64,000 nucleotides of DNA. It comes from Octopus vulgaris (lineage: Eukaryota). A model generated the notes under the pieces. That model ran no database searches and was not told the DNA's origin. It was given only the letters and a program-made list of their open reading frames with translations. Where the stretch lies: contig OX597821.1 of assembly GCA_951406725.2 (NCBI GenBank), positions 73,780,001 to 73,844,000 on the forward strand, read 5' to 3'. Made by a program: the position numbers and the translations under genes. Positions 40,325 to 53,336 of this stretch are shown piece after piece (the first letter of the stretch is position 1; each line of letters opens with the position of its first letter).

Positions 40325-40705
40325 ACGGTAGCACGCCGGGTGAAATGCGTAGCCGTATTTCGTCTGCCCTTACGTTCTGAGTTCAAATTCCGCCGAGGTC
40401 GACTTTGCCTTTCATCCTTTCAGGGTCAATTAAATAAGTACCAGTTTTGCACTGGGTCGATATAATCGACTTAATCCGTTTGTCTGTCTTTGTTTATCCT
40501 CTCTTTGGTTAGCACCTTGTGGGTAGTAAAGAAATAGATATTTTATCTCTGTCTTTACGTTCTGAGTTCAAATTCCGCCGAGGTCGACTTTGCCTTTCAT
40601 CCCTTCGGGGTCGATAAATTAAGTACTAGTTGCGTACTGGGGTCCATATAATCGACTGGCTTCCTCCTTAAAATTTCGGGCATTGTGCCTAGAGTACAGA
40701 AGAAT
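40325..40705 (+). mobile_element. Dimeric SINE A
   Basis: Same dimer junction as 13634-13962. Confidence 0.85.
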
Positions 40706-40734
40706 ATGTATGTATGAATCTATGTATGTTTGTA

Positions 40735-41272
40735 TGTCATTATTCAGTTTATTTCAAGATTTCTTGCCAATAGAGAAAGAACCAGTTTGTAAGCTAAATC
40801 CAAGGCTCCTTTATTGGAATTTCAATACAGGGTATTTTTGTATGTATGTATGTATGTATGTATGTATGTATGTATGTATGTATGTATGTATGTATGTATG
40901 TATGTATGTATGTATGTGCGTGCAGATTTGTATGTTTTATGTATATATTCTCATATGTTACATATATAGACATGCTCATATATATTTAAAGGATAAACTT
41001 CTGGAAAGTTTTACAGATTTTTGCAGTTCCAGTGATGGACCGGATCTGTAGTCTTCGAATTAGCTTTCTCCTTTCTGGTTTTGGGAAGCCTAATTTCTCA
41101 AGATTGGTATGTAGGCTGTGTGTTACATATCCCAGGACCGCAATAATTATCGGTATAAACCTGAACTTGTAATCTGGATAGAGTAACTGCAGATTTCTCA
41201 ATATTTCAGCATAGGCCTTCTCTTTATCACTGATCTTCAGCTTTATGTTAACATCTGCTGGGCAGCTAATTA
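40735..41272 (-). mobile_element. Dong/R4-like LINE 3' end, same family as 27390-28385
   Basis: ISCPADVNIKLKISDKEKAYAEILRNLQLLYPDYKFRFIPIII..SITGTAKICKTFQKFIL, followed by (CATA)n. Confidence 0.85.
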
Positions 41273-41519
41273 TCTTAATAATTATGACGCGCACACTTAT
41301 TCTATCTCTTATCTCTCTATCTCCCTCTCTTGCTTTTCCTTTCTGTTTTTCTCTCCCATCCTTTCTCTATTCTTCTCCTCTCCCCTTCACCGTTCCCTCT
41401 CTCTCACACTCTTCCTCCGTGGCTCCCTCGTTGCTCACACGTGACTAACGACCATTCTTTCTTTCTTTCTCTTCCTAAAGACAAGACGTGCTTTTGTCTG
41501 TCTCTTCTCAAAGGACGCA

Positions 41520-41830
41520 CTATTGCAACAGCTTGGGTTTCAGGAGGATAACAACTGTTTCAACATCCTGCCAAGGAACCTAAGAGATTTGCTAGGTGTA
41601 GATGCGGAAACGTTCAAAGAGCACCTGGACCAATTTCTATGTGAAATCCCAGATGAGCCCACGTCGCGGCAGGAGTCACAAAAGAAGTGCAACTACGTCC
41701 GACTCGCTTCTTCACACCTAAAAAAACAAACCCCAAAAAACAGTACCGAAAGGAGATTCCAAAACACCGAAAGGCGGTGCACCAGCATGGTCTCAGCTTC
41801 TAGCTGAAATCAGTTAAGGAATAAGAGAGC
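41520..41830 (+). mobile_element. CR1/L2-type LINE 3' end
   Basis: FNILPRNLRDLLGVDAETFKEHLDQFLCEIPDEP; tail GGCGGTGCACCAGCATGGTCTCAGCTTCTAGCTGAAA. Confidence 0.8.
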
Positions 41831-42226
41831 AAATAAATACTTATATAAATATATATATTGTGTAAGATATAAGTTAGAGGTAGTGTAAGCTTCTAAGGGA
41901 TAGATGTATCCGTAGGCACACCTGGTGTATTACCTCAGTATGTATGGTCCTTGTTATAAGGTATATGGTAATAGATAATTTAAAAGGTAAAACTGTGGTT
42001 TAATATACATAGGTACAATAAGAAATGGAGCAATAATTAACAATGAGAAGTGGATCATTGGTGTTTTAAAGTCATTATTTAATTAAGATGAGATTATGTT
42101 TACATTTATATATATATATATATATATAACGGGAAGCTTTATGAAAATAAACAAAAGACGAAGGCAGGTGGAAAACAAACGAACAATTGTATTAGTATGG
42201 CGCTCAGGAAATATAAATAAAACAAG

Positions 42227-42264
42227 TCTTTAACGTTTCGAGCCTACGCTCTTCAACAGAAATA
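42227..42264 (-). ncRNA. Minimal hammerhead-like motif with CUGUUGA core
   Basis: Minus: tattt-CTGTTGA-A-GAGC gtag GCTC-GAAACGTT-aaaga, within a ~215-bp element bounded by (TA)n. Confidence 0.6.
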
Positions 42265-42347
42265 TACACAGAGAGAGAAAAACACAGAAAGAAGGAGAGA
42301 AAAAAAATGCGTGCAGTAGCTAACGAATCAACATGGCGATCTATCTA

Positions 42348-42418
<71 letters not shown>

Positions 42419-42550
42419 CTGTGTGTGTGTGTGTATGTTATATATATATATACACACATATATACGGATACATGTGTTGAACAGGTATGTAAATGTATAC
42501 ACAGACGCATGTATATTTGCCATTGTTCACACATACACACATGTACGCAT

Positions 42551-42608
<58 letters not shown>

Positions 42609-43004
42609 ACATATATATATATAATTATGTTTATGCAAATACGTCTATAACTGAACATACATATGCACACTCCCTCGCGCAGACACACACACACACACGC
42701 GTATACATACATATCCGGGCGTTTTTGAGCATGAACATTTTGCTTCGTATTAAAATGCAAATATTCAAACTTTATTTCTTCCTCTCGATAAAATACTTCT
42801 TTCTACAACTTCATTTTCTTGTTTTCCTCACCAAAAATAATAATAATAAAAAAAGGAAAGAAAATATAACGTTATTACCGTTGTAATTATAGTCTCTCTA
42901 CAAAGACGAATGAATCCTTGATGTAATTTAGTATACATACACGTCGAGTGTGCGTGTATGTGGGTGTCTGTGTGTGGGTGTATATATACGTCTGTGTGAG
43001 CACA

Positions 43005-43038
<34 letters not shown>

Positions 43039-43041
43039 TAC

Positions 43042-43126
<85 letters not shown>

Positions 43127-43308
43127 TATATATTGCTTACATTATGAAGATATTCATAAAGAATGAATATCTAAGTAGTGTGGGCCTCTCCCTGGAGATT
43201 GAGTGCCCAACTTCGATATTATTGTATTTTATAAACATATAGCAGTTTCGCTAAAATATAAATACAAGTAATAATTTGAAAATAAACAGGCGATGATGAT
43301 GATGATGG

Positions 43309-43339
<31 letters not shown>

Positions 43340-43359
43340 GATGATGGTGGTGATGATGA

Positions 43360-43574
43360 TGATCCTTTCTACTCTAGGTACAAGGCCTGAAATTTGATGG
43401 GGAGTGGCTAGTCGATTACATCAACCCCAGTACGCAACTGGTATTTAATTTATCGTCACCGAAAGGATGAAATGCAAAGCGGCCTCGGCAGTATTTGAGC
43501 TCAGGACATAGCGACGGGCGAAATACTGTTAAGCATTTTGCCCGGTTTATTAACGATTCTTTCAACTCGCTGCC
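43360..43574 (-). mobile_element. SINE A
   Basis: Family head and core, with the tail running into (ATC)n. Confidence 0.8.
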
Positions 43575-43576
43575 TC

Positions 43577-43607
<31 letters not shown>

Positions 43608-43778
43608 CTTCCCTCAGATACGCCGCCACAACAACACGTGCGTGAAAATGTAAACATGGATTGCAATATTTCTATACGAAAACTGCAAATTTGTGAGTAG
43701 AATATTAACTTTAATATTTTAATTACATATATATCCATATTCATTCAAGACCTCTCTGTCTCTCTCTCTCACACACAT

Positions 43779-43858
<80 letters not shown>

Positions 43859-43860
<2 letters not shown>

Positions 43861-44126
43861 CGGAGATGTACTTGCATAGCGAGTGACTTGATCTGAGATC
43901 GTGTGCTGGAACGAAAACAATTGCAGCGTGGAAGGTGTTTATAAGCCATTTAAGAAACGCACAAAACTGTTAGATTCACTTCAATATTTAAATTTAATTT
44001 GTCAAAATATTTTCGTCGCTTTGAGACCGCGATCTGTTCACTGAGAAAGGTTCGTGCTGCAGCAGTGAATCTAACGGTTTTGTGCGTTTCTTAAATGGCT
44101 TATAGACACCTTCCACGCTGCAATTG

Positions 44127-44128
<2 letters not shown>
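43859..44128. mobile_element. PLE-type pLTR with 65-bp inverted arms, inserted in (TA)n
   Basis: 43916-43980 is the reverse complement of 44064-44128. The spacer holds an HHR-like motif. Confidence 0.75.
43998..44048 (-). ncRNA. Hammerhead-like motif with G3-C8 compensatory core (GUGAACA)
   Basis: Minus: TTTCTCA-GTGAACA-GATCGC ggtctcaaa GCGAC-GAA-AATATT-T-TGACAAA. Stem I is 6/7 bp; stem III is palindromic. Confidence 0.6.
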
Positions 44129-44163
<35 letters not shown>

Positions 44164-44249
44164 GAAATGGATATAATAATACTGGGAAACTCGTGGTTTT
44201 CGCTGGTATGTCTTAGATAACAAAGGAGGAAGAAGCAGAAATAAAGGTA

Positions 44250-44300
44250 GCATTTACGATCGTTTCAGTTTACTGGTTGAAGTAAATCTCTTCAGAATGC
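44250..44300 (-). ncRNA. Type-I hammerhead ribozyme, canonical core
   Basis: Minus: GCATT-CTGAAGA-gaTTTACT tcaacc AGTAAAct-GAA-ACGATCGT-A-AATGC. Perfect stem I, GUA site. Confidence 0.8.
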
Positions 44301-44359
44301 GAATATAGATAGATACATCGGTGATACATATGTTTTTGTTTTGTTTTGTTTTTGTTTTT

Positions 44360-44569
44360 CCAGTTTCAGCTTTTGAGCTGTGGCCATGCTGGGGCACCGC
44401 CATTGTGGTGAAAGAGTACAGCAGGGATCACCACCCCCTGCCGGAGCCTCGTAGAGCTTTTAGGTGTTTTTTCGCTCAATAAACACACACAACGCCCGGT
44501 CTGAGAATCGAAACCGCGATCCTGCGACCGCGAGTCCGCTGCCCTAACCACTAGGCCATTGCGCCTCCT
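44360..44569 (-). mobile_element. SINE family C with LINE-derived tail
   Basis: tRNA head plus tail GGCGGTGCCCCAGCATGGCCACAGCTCAAAAGCTGAAAC. Confidence 0.85.
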
Positions 44570-44779
44570 ATGTGATGGTAATATAAACAAAAGTGGTAAT
44601 TCTTACATTAAATTTTGTTCGTGCGCTAGTATATTCACTAGGTAGAGGTTTGCTTGTGGAAGATTGGTTAGTTCCGTTGGGTAATTAGGGCTGGGTGAAT
44701 ATTATTTAGCTTCGGGTTTCCTAGTTTAATTGAGCACATTTTTCTTCACACGTGTGCATTCAATTTTCTACATTTTACG

Positions 44780-44826
<47 letters not shown>

Positions 44827-45300
44827 TTGCTGTCTCTTCTCGGTCTCTCGCTTACACATCAATAATAATTATGAATACGAAAGAAACATGAACACATGTC
44901 AATGAGCGTAAAAACATTGGACTAGAACAGTTTGAATTGCTTCTTTTCAAGGCAGCGCTGTCAGCGGCCACAGGTAGTGGTAAACACATTTGACCTCTGC
45001 TGAACCGAAGGGATGCGAAGATCCTTTTGTCTCTATGGCTGACTTCTCCACCATTTTCCGAATCTATTTATAGACCTGTAGAATATGATCTATTCACCAA
45101 TCTGCTGCCCAACCAGTGGTGGTGATGGTGATAATGAAAAAAAATAATAATAATATGCTACTGCTGCTGATACTAAATACTACTAATACTACAATAATAC
45201 TACAACTACTACTATTATGATAGCACAGGAATCTGGGGCCCAACTGTCACCCTTACCACTACCCCCACCCCTGATAATGTTGCTGCTGCTGCTGCTGCTG

Positions 45301-45358
<58 letters not shown>

Positions 45359-45385
45359 ACAAAAACAATAATACCAGTGATATCA

Positions 45386-45456
<71 letters not shown>

Positions 45457-45458
<2 letters not shown>

Positions 45459-47166
45459 AAGGAAACGGGTGGAGTCTCCTTATGGGCTCATAATGATACG
45501 CCTAGTGATGGTGTCACAATAAAAATACAGGTAATTGCGCAACCTGATAATCGCTACCTCATATGAGTGGCAATGAAAAAACAAAATATTGTGAATAACG
45601 GTGGTAATGAAAGTGAAGCCAATGATGGTGACAGTGACACACCCGGTAAGCTCAGAGATTCTGGTCCGGCTCCAGCCTGTCGATATCCAGAAAGGGACCA
45701 CCACAAACGGCATAGATGGAGCAAACAAATGAATGCTATGATCATGGAGTGTTACTACCCGAGCAATCCGGTAGATGAAAATGGTGCTCAAATTAGGGGT
45801 TACCGACAATCTATGTATGATCATTGGAGAGAAAAGGGATTGTTTCAACTCACGGAACAGAGATTATGTGATCAAGCTAGAGCAATAAGAAAACAATGTT
45901 GGTTCACAGATAAATTGATGGAGAAAGAAATGACAGAAAAATTTAAGGTGGAGTACTTATGCAGACTGAGACTGATCCTTAAGTCGAAATTAAACATACG
46001 GAATAAGATCGAAGCTATCAACACCTGGGCAATTTCACTCCTTAGATATGGAGCAGGGGTAATCGCATGGATATTAGACGAACTAAACAGCTTAGACAGA
46101 AAGACAAGGAAGTTGCTAACTAGATATGGGTCACTCAACCCAAAAAGTGACAGACAGACAGACTGTATCTACCAAGAAAAAGAGGGGGAAGAGGACTTAT
46201 TGGATGCGAACACAGCATTAGAGAAGAAGAAAACAATATAGCATGGTATGTAAAAAAGACCACTGAACCGTTATTATTAGAAGGTCAGGTTTGTGTAGGA
46301 TGAAAGATTGCAAAGGTAAAGTACTATACAAGAAATTGAAAGCGAATGAAACTGAAAATAGGTGGATAAAGAAAAGAACGCATGGTCAATTTTATAGGGA
46401 TGTTGAAGATAAGACAGACGGAGAAAAAAGATGGCTGTGGATGACTAAAAGTGATTTAAAACCGGAAACGGAGACTCTAATCTGTGCTGCCTAAGGGCAG
46501 GCACTAAGACCTAACTACATAAAATACAGAATAGATAACACAGCAGAAAGTGATAAGTGCAGATTCTGTGGACAAAACGGTGAAACCGTATGGCATTTTA
46601 TCAGCCAATGTACATCACTAGCCCAGAAGAAATATAAGATATGCTACGACAATATAGCTAGGCTTGTCCATTGGACACTCTGCAACAAGTATGGACTTGA
46701 CAGAGCAAAAAATTGGTACGACCACAAACCTGAAGGCATTGTCGAAAATAGAAATGAAACGATCCTATAGGATTTTATGATTCAGTGCGACCATGAGATA
46801 GAGAATAGCAAGCCGGACATAGTCTTAATTGAGAAAGAAAGCAAACGATGCTGGATCATAGACATAGCATGCCCAGCTGACAACAAGGAATGCGATAAGG
46901 AAGAAAGAAAAGCCGAGAGATATAACAGGTTAGCTTGGGAAGTTAAGCAGTTGTGGTCTAGGAAAAAAGGTAGCAGTAGTACCAATAATTGTCGAATCCC
47001 TAGGAACAGTGAACAAAAATCTCGAGAAGTACGTGGAACAAATAGGGGCTGTAATAAGGGTGGAGTACTTGCAGAAAACAGCACTGCTTAGAACCAGTTG
47101 AATACTCTGGAAGGTGCTCGGAAAATAAGAGGTGTTACCTTAGTTCACTGGTAGTGAACAGCTGAC
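45457..47166 (+). mobile_element. Dong/R4 LINE retaining both ends but lacking the RT core
   Basis: After (AAT)n: N-terminal RWS..MIMECYY..RGYRQ.MYDHW..TEQRLCDQARAIRK is fused in frame to post-RT EYLCRLRLILKSKLN.RNKIEAINTWA; then zinc knuckle CRFCGQNGETVWHFISQC and RLE KPDIVLIEK..IIDIACPAD. Confidence 0.9.
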
Positions 47167-48545
47167 AAAAGTTTTTGACCCCTGGAAGATGAACACACAC
47201 TAAAACAGCATCTACGCGAATATCAAAGTAATACATATGCAAAATTTCAGCTCATTACATCAATTATTCTCGGGGATATTGTGATCTAAAGATTGCCACT
47301 CATAATCAGAAATGTTTTGAGAAAAACGCAAAAAACGCTGGAAGTGGTTGATTTTACAACAATGGCCAACTACACAAGAATAATATTCACATTTTAGAGA
47401 AATATTTGCAACTTTGCACAGTCTAATAACGCCCGGAGGCATATCCTTTGCTATTCTTCTGAGATTTTTCTATCTGAAATCTGAGGTATTAGTCTTGCCT
47501 GAACGATCCTGTCAGCTGGTTGTCTGAATTGCTTCTGAATTTAGCAGAACGTGATCAATTTTGATGAGAAGGTGCCTATCTATAACACCGGCCTCAAGTC
47601 TTGACTTGTACTTCATTTATCGACCTCAAAAGGATGAAAGCAAAGTTGACTCCGGTAAAAGCGGCAAGAATATTTTTATTTGCCACATGAAAAAAACTTA
47701 AGAAAACACTACAATATCGGAATAATGGAAATAAAAACCAAAACAAATAATGAAAACAATAATACTTATAAGCAATGAAATAAGACGGTCCTCTAGAGGG
47801 AGAGCCACTAAAGGCCAATCAAGGCACCCCACAAATGCAAGATTACTCTGACTATTAAATGCGTGTGCCACCTTTTATCTACGTATGTTCTTCACTGGTT
47901 TTGTTGCAATCCAGTTTAAGGTTTTGTGCTTATAGTAGAAAAGATTATTATTAATGGCGGCGAGCGGGCTGAATCGTTAGCATGCCGGTGAAATGCCTAA
48001 CGGCGTTTCATCCGTCTTCACGTTCTTAGTTCAAATTCTGCCGAGGTCAATTTTGGAATCGACGAAATAAGTAGCAGCCGAGAATTGGTGTGTAGGTAAT
48101 CGACTAGCCACACCCACTCCTAAAATGCTGGCCTTGTGCCAATAATAGAAAGGGTATTATTTATCTTATCTTATCTTATTTAGTTTCAGCTCACGAGCTG
48201 TGGCCATGCTGGGGCACCGCCATTTATTGTCGCTGTTATTTTTATTAAATTTAAATAAGGCGTAAATGAAATTTCACGTGGAAACACATTAAAATGTACA
48301 ATATTTTCTATAATCTTCCCCGTATCTGAATAATATCGCTAGCGGCCAGAAATCCATAAAATTATACACCTGCATATCATCGTCTTCAATGGGAAAGCTA
48401 TTTAGAGAAAGGTACTTATTTTATTCACGCTGTTAGGGTTACAAAAAGTAGATCCAAGGTGTGTAATTAATCGCCGACATATCCGTATCAAAATGGCCTC
48501 TGTACATCTACAAAACATCAGAAGAAATTAGATCAATCTAATTAA

Positions 48546-48754
48546 GGCGGCGAGCTGGCAGAAACGTTAGCACGCCGGATGAAATGCTTAGCGGTACTTC
48601 GTCTGCTGTTCTGAGTTCAAATTCCGCCGAGGTCGACTTTGCCTTTCATCCTTTCGGAGTCGATAAATTAAGTATCAGATAGCACTGGGATCGATATAAT
48701 CGACTTAATACCTTTGTCTGTCCTTGTTTGTCCCCTCTGTGTGTAGTCCCTTGT
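48546..48754 (+). mobile_element. SINE A
   Basis: Near-consensus copy; a decayed copy also lies at 47955-48160. Confidence 0.85.
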
Positions 48755-50308
48755 GTATCCAGTGTGTACGTTTGCGTGTGTGAAGGGTTAGGGTTAGGGT
48801 ATATATCGACTATAAATCGACGATAAATTTAAGTCGTACAAAATACCTTGGTATGTATATTTGGTCCAAGTTCTGACCCCTTATCTCCACCTGAACTTAG
48901 CCATTGTATTCACTTCTAATATAAAGAGATGAAATCTTGATAGGATTGAAATTGTGTTGGTTCACTAAAAATGGTCAACATACAAAAAATAAAAGAATTG
49001 GGGAATGGGAATAGGGAAACGCTGTGAGATAAACGGGACAATGAAAGGAATAAAGTTCTATGCGTGATATCCCTTATAGGACAGACGCGGCTGATATGGA
49101 ATTACAAGGCAGTGAATAACCAATATTGCATTATAATGACTGATAATGAAAGTTTTTGAGATAAAGTATCTTACAAAGGATTCACTCATTTAGAAAATTT
49201 AGGTGTAGAATTTCTTTGAAATTGTTTCAAATATTTCTGTGGTATGTCCTTGTTCTTTTGACATAACATGATAGATTTCCTGTGAAGTATAGTTTGGACT
49301 GTTCTTTCGGTCTTGTGCAGATGTATTATTCCAAGGAATAGTTTTGTTAACACAACACAAAGAACACATGAAACAAGAATCAAACAAGAATGTTTTTTTT
49401 TTCTTTTCCTATTGATGAGCACACATCACTTGCACGCTAAAATAAACAAATTAACACACGCAAACATTAACATACAAATACACATACACACAACACATAC
49501 ATGCATGCATACATACATACATACATACATACATACATACATACATACATACATACATACATACATACACACGCATACTAAAACACATATATATAAACAT
49601 ATAAATACTCAGATATATATAAACGTTTTGGTAAATGTATATACATACCAATTACACCCAGATATATTCACCTTTATATTATATAACATCGTATATATTC
49701 GTACATACACACACACTGACACACATCTATGTATGTATCTATCTATCAATCTATACATACAACATACATGCATACATATATCTGCATGTATGTGTATATA
49801 TATAGATGTATTATATATATACACGTGTGTGTGTGTTTGTGTGTGTGTCTGTGTATGTATATATGTATGTGTATGCCGTATACGTTACTTGCTTTCCAAC
49901 TACACATTTGTATGATAGGGTATATAATAAAAAGACTTGAAGATTGTAAACACTCTTTGAAACATAAAAAGCAAAACAAAACAAACACACGCACCTAAAA
50001 TACATTCACACACACACAGTATCCATAATGAGAGAAATATAACAAAATTGCCAGAAATTCCCCCGAAGAGTCAGAAAGTAAAGAAAGTTGCACGAAACAC
50101 GTCATTCGTGGATACGATGGGCGGGGGGTTAGTTTTTGTTGTTTATTTGTTTTTAATCCTAAATTTGTTATTTTCTTCAAAATTACCAACGTAAACAAAT
50201 TGAGTACAAGAGTTTTTCAGTGGACAATAATACATGAGAATAGTTTCTGGAGGACATTTGAAAACTAAATAAAAAAAAAGGCATCATCTACCACTGTTCA
50301 TTAAACGC

Positions 50309-50346
<38 letters not shown>

Positions 50347-51081
50347 TTTATTATTGTTGTTGTTGCTGTTGTCATCGTCGTTATTTGGCACTAGCATGTT
50401 TTGATGTTTCGTTAAGTTAGATGTAAGCCATCGTTTGGCACATGAAAGGTTCTTTATTTATTCCTCCATCACACAGACACACGTTTTTGCAGCACAAAAT
50501 TTCGTCATTTTTTTTCTTCTCGAAAGAGGGTAGTTTTATGGTTAGAGAGTGAGTGAATAGAACGATGAGAGAGCGAGAGAGAGAGAGAGAAAGGAAGAGA
50601 GGGGGGGAGAATATGAGAGATGAAGAGAAAGAGAAAAGGAAAGAGAGTAATAGTTGAAATAAACGAGAAAATGACTTAAATGGTTATAAAGAAGAAACTG
50701 TGAAAAGAATGACATGAAAAAGAACGAAAATTTAAAGAAGATTTGCAATCATCGAAATAAAAGACACGGTCGTCCCTCTGGGATGATTGGCTAAATTGTT
50801 TACTTGCTTCTGTAAGAAATGAAAGCCTGTCCTACACCAAGGAAAAACAACGACAAAAGCGATAAAAAAAAAGACAAAGCAAAGCAAAAAACAAGGAGAA
50901 AAAAACCCATTTGATTCAGTGATGTTGGCACGGACAGATTTTTAAAGCTTTTGTGTTGGTGTCATTTCAGAATCCTAATTCTCTCTTGGTTTTAATCAAC
51001 TGGTATCGTGTGCGCACGGTTCACGAAGAATTCATCCGGTTTCAAACTGCGTCTAAATCCCAGCATTAAATCTAACATAAA

Positions 51082-51149
<68 letters not shown>

Positions 51150-51202
51150 GTATATGTGTGTGTGTGTGTATGTGTATGTATATATATATGTGTGTGCGTG
51201 TG

Positions 51203-51237
<35 letters not shown>

Positions 51238-51484
51238 CAAAGAAATTCCAACTGTCTCTTTTTTTCGTTTTATTTATATTCTTTATAATATTAATGTAGG
51301 ATATAGAATATATGGTACAAATAGTATATATATATATATATAGTAAAATGAAATGAAGTATTGATTGTCTTATTGAATAGATGAAATATTGAATATCAAA
51401 TATTAAGGGACTAGTTTACTTTCTTGCATTAAAGCAGTCTTCAAGGTCCCAGGTTGTGACAGGAAACACTCCTGTCACACATAT

Positions 51485-51519
<35 letters not shown>

Positions 51520-51578
51520 CACAGATATACATATATACACACACATATACATATATACACACATATATATATACATAA

Positions 51579-51809
51579 AGGCGGCGAGCTGGCAGAACCG
51601 TTAGCACGCCGGGCGAAATGCGTAGTCGTATTTCGTCTACCGTTACGTTCCGTGTTCAAATTCCGCCGAGGTCGACTTTGCCTTTCATCCTTTCGGGGTC
51701 GATAAATTAAGTACTAGTTACGTACTAGGGTCGATATAATCGACTTAAATTCGTTTGTCTGTTCTTGTTTGTCCCCTCTATATTTAGCCCCTTGTGGGTA
51801 GTAAAGAAA
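51579..51809 (+). mobile_element. SINE A, near consensus
   Basis: Full head, core and GTGGGTAGTAAAGAAA tail. Confidence 0.9.
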
Positions 51810-51934
51810 CATATATATATATATACATATACACACACATATACATATATATATACACATATATACATATATACACATATTTTTTGTAGTTTCTTACTAA
51901 GCTACTTACCACACAGCCACTCCTACGCCTATAC

Positions 51935-52299
51935 ATAGGCGTAGGAGTGGCTGCGTGGTAAGTAGCTTGCTTACGAACCACATGGTTCGGGGTTCAGTCC
52001 CACTGAGTGGCACCTTGGGCAAGTGTCTTCTACTATAGCTTCGAGCCGACCAAAGCCTTGTGAGCGGAAACTGAAAGAAGTCTGTCGTATATATAAATGT
52101 ATGTACGTTTGTATATGTTTATGTGTTGCTTGACAACTGATGGCGGTGTGTTTACGTCCCCATAACCTAGCGTTTCGGCAAAAGAGACCGATAGAATAAG
52201 TACTAGGCTTACAAAGAATAAGTCCTGAGATCGATTTGCTCGACTAAAGGCAGTACTCCAGCATGGCCACAGTGAAATGACTGAAACAAATAAAAGAGT
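51935..52299 (+). mobile_element. SINE B, near full length, preceded by an inverted copy of its own 5' end
   Basis: Head AGGCGTAGGAGTGGCTGCGTGGTAAG, B-box GGTTCAGTCCC, conserved tail. Confidence 0.9.
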
Positions 52300-53025
52300 A
52301 TATATGTATATATATTCCTTTACCTGCTACTCAACAGAAAGCAATAAGAGGAAATAAACAAAGAGAGAATGAAAAAAAAACGTGTAGAGTTCAGCGGTAT
52401 ATATATACCAAATCCACTCACAAGGTTTTGGTTGGCCCGAGGTTATAGTAGAAGATATTTTCCCAACGTGTCATGCAGCGGGACTGAACCCGGACCCATG
52501 TGGTTGGGAAGCAAGTTTCTCACCACACAGCCACTCCTGCGCTTATATTATTAGTATTGATATTATTAAACAAGAATTATATTGACAGTGACTTCGTAGA
52601 AGTTTCGGTCAGCTAATTTACCGTGTGATTGCAATGCATTGAACTTAATCTTCGCTGATTCCACGTCCTCACAAAATTTTTTCCAAGACCAAGCTCAATA
52701 TCAACGGCTCAAACGATGCTTGATATTTTCTCTCCAAATCTTTATTTTAAAAAAAAAGGAGCTTAAGAACCTTGAATCACAGCCTAAGTTCCAGGAATGA
52801 GATGTTTTTCTTTATGTCCATATTTAGAAAAATACATAATAGCGGGATTTAAAGACAGCTCACTGGACACATCTTAAGTCTATCCCATCTGGTTTAAATA
52901 TTTTTGACATGCGTAATGCTGGCTGTAACCCTTATTATCTCCCCTGTGTTTTTCTCTGTTTCTTCTAGATGAGTGTTCCCATTTACACGTCGTCTGCTTT
53001 GAACGCAGGGCTGAGTCAAACTGTT

Positions 53026-53060
<35 letters not shown>

Positions 53061-53336
53061 AAACTATCTGATATGTGTCTGTCTCTGACCGCCACCATCA
53101 CTTGACAACTGGTGTTTGTGTGTTTACGTTCCCCGTAACTTTATGGTTCCATAGAATAGGCACCGGGCTTAAAATATAAGTACTAAGGTTGAATCATTCG
53201 ACTAAGATTCTTCAGGGCGGTGCTCCAGCATGGCCGCAGTCTAATGACTGAATCAAGTAAGAGATAAAAGAAAAGATGGTATGATTTCGTTATCAGCGGC
53301 AATAAATAAATGCAAATCAATTAAGAAAAAGTTTAC

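Noticed and set aside
48784-48800. (TTAGGG)-like repeats
   Set aside because: Only about 2.5 units, common inside animal transposons; not a telomeric site.
51396-51452. TTGAAGA..TAAACTAGTC on minus
   Set aside because: Two core positions are altered and the stems are ambiguous.
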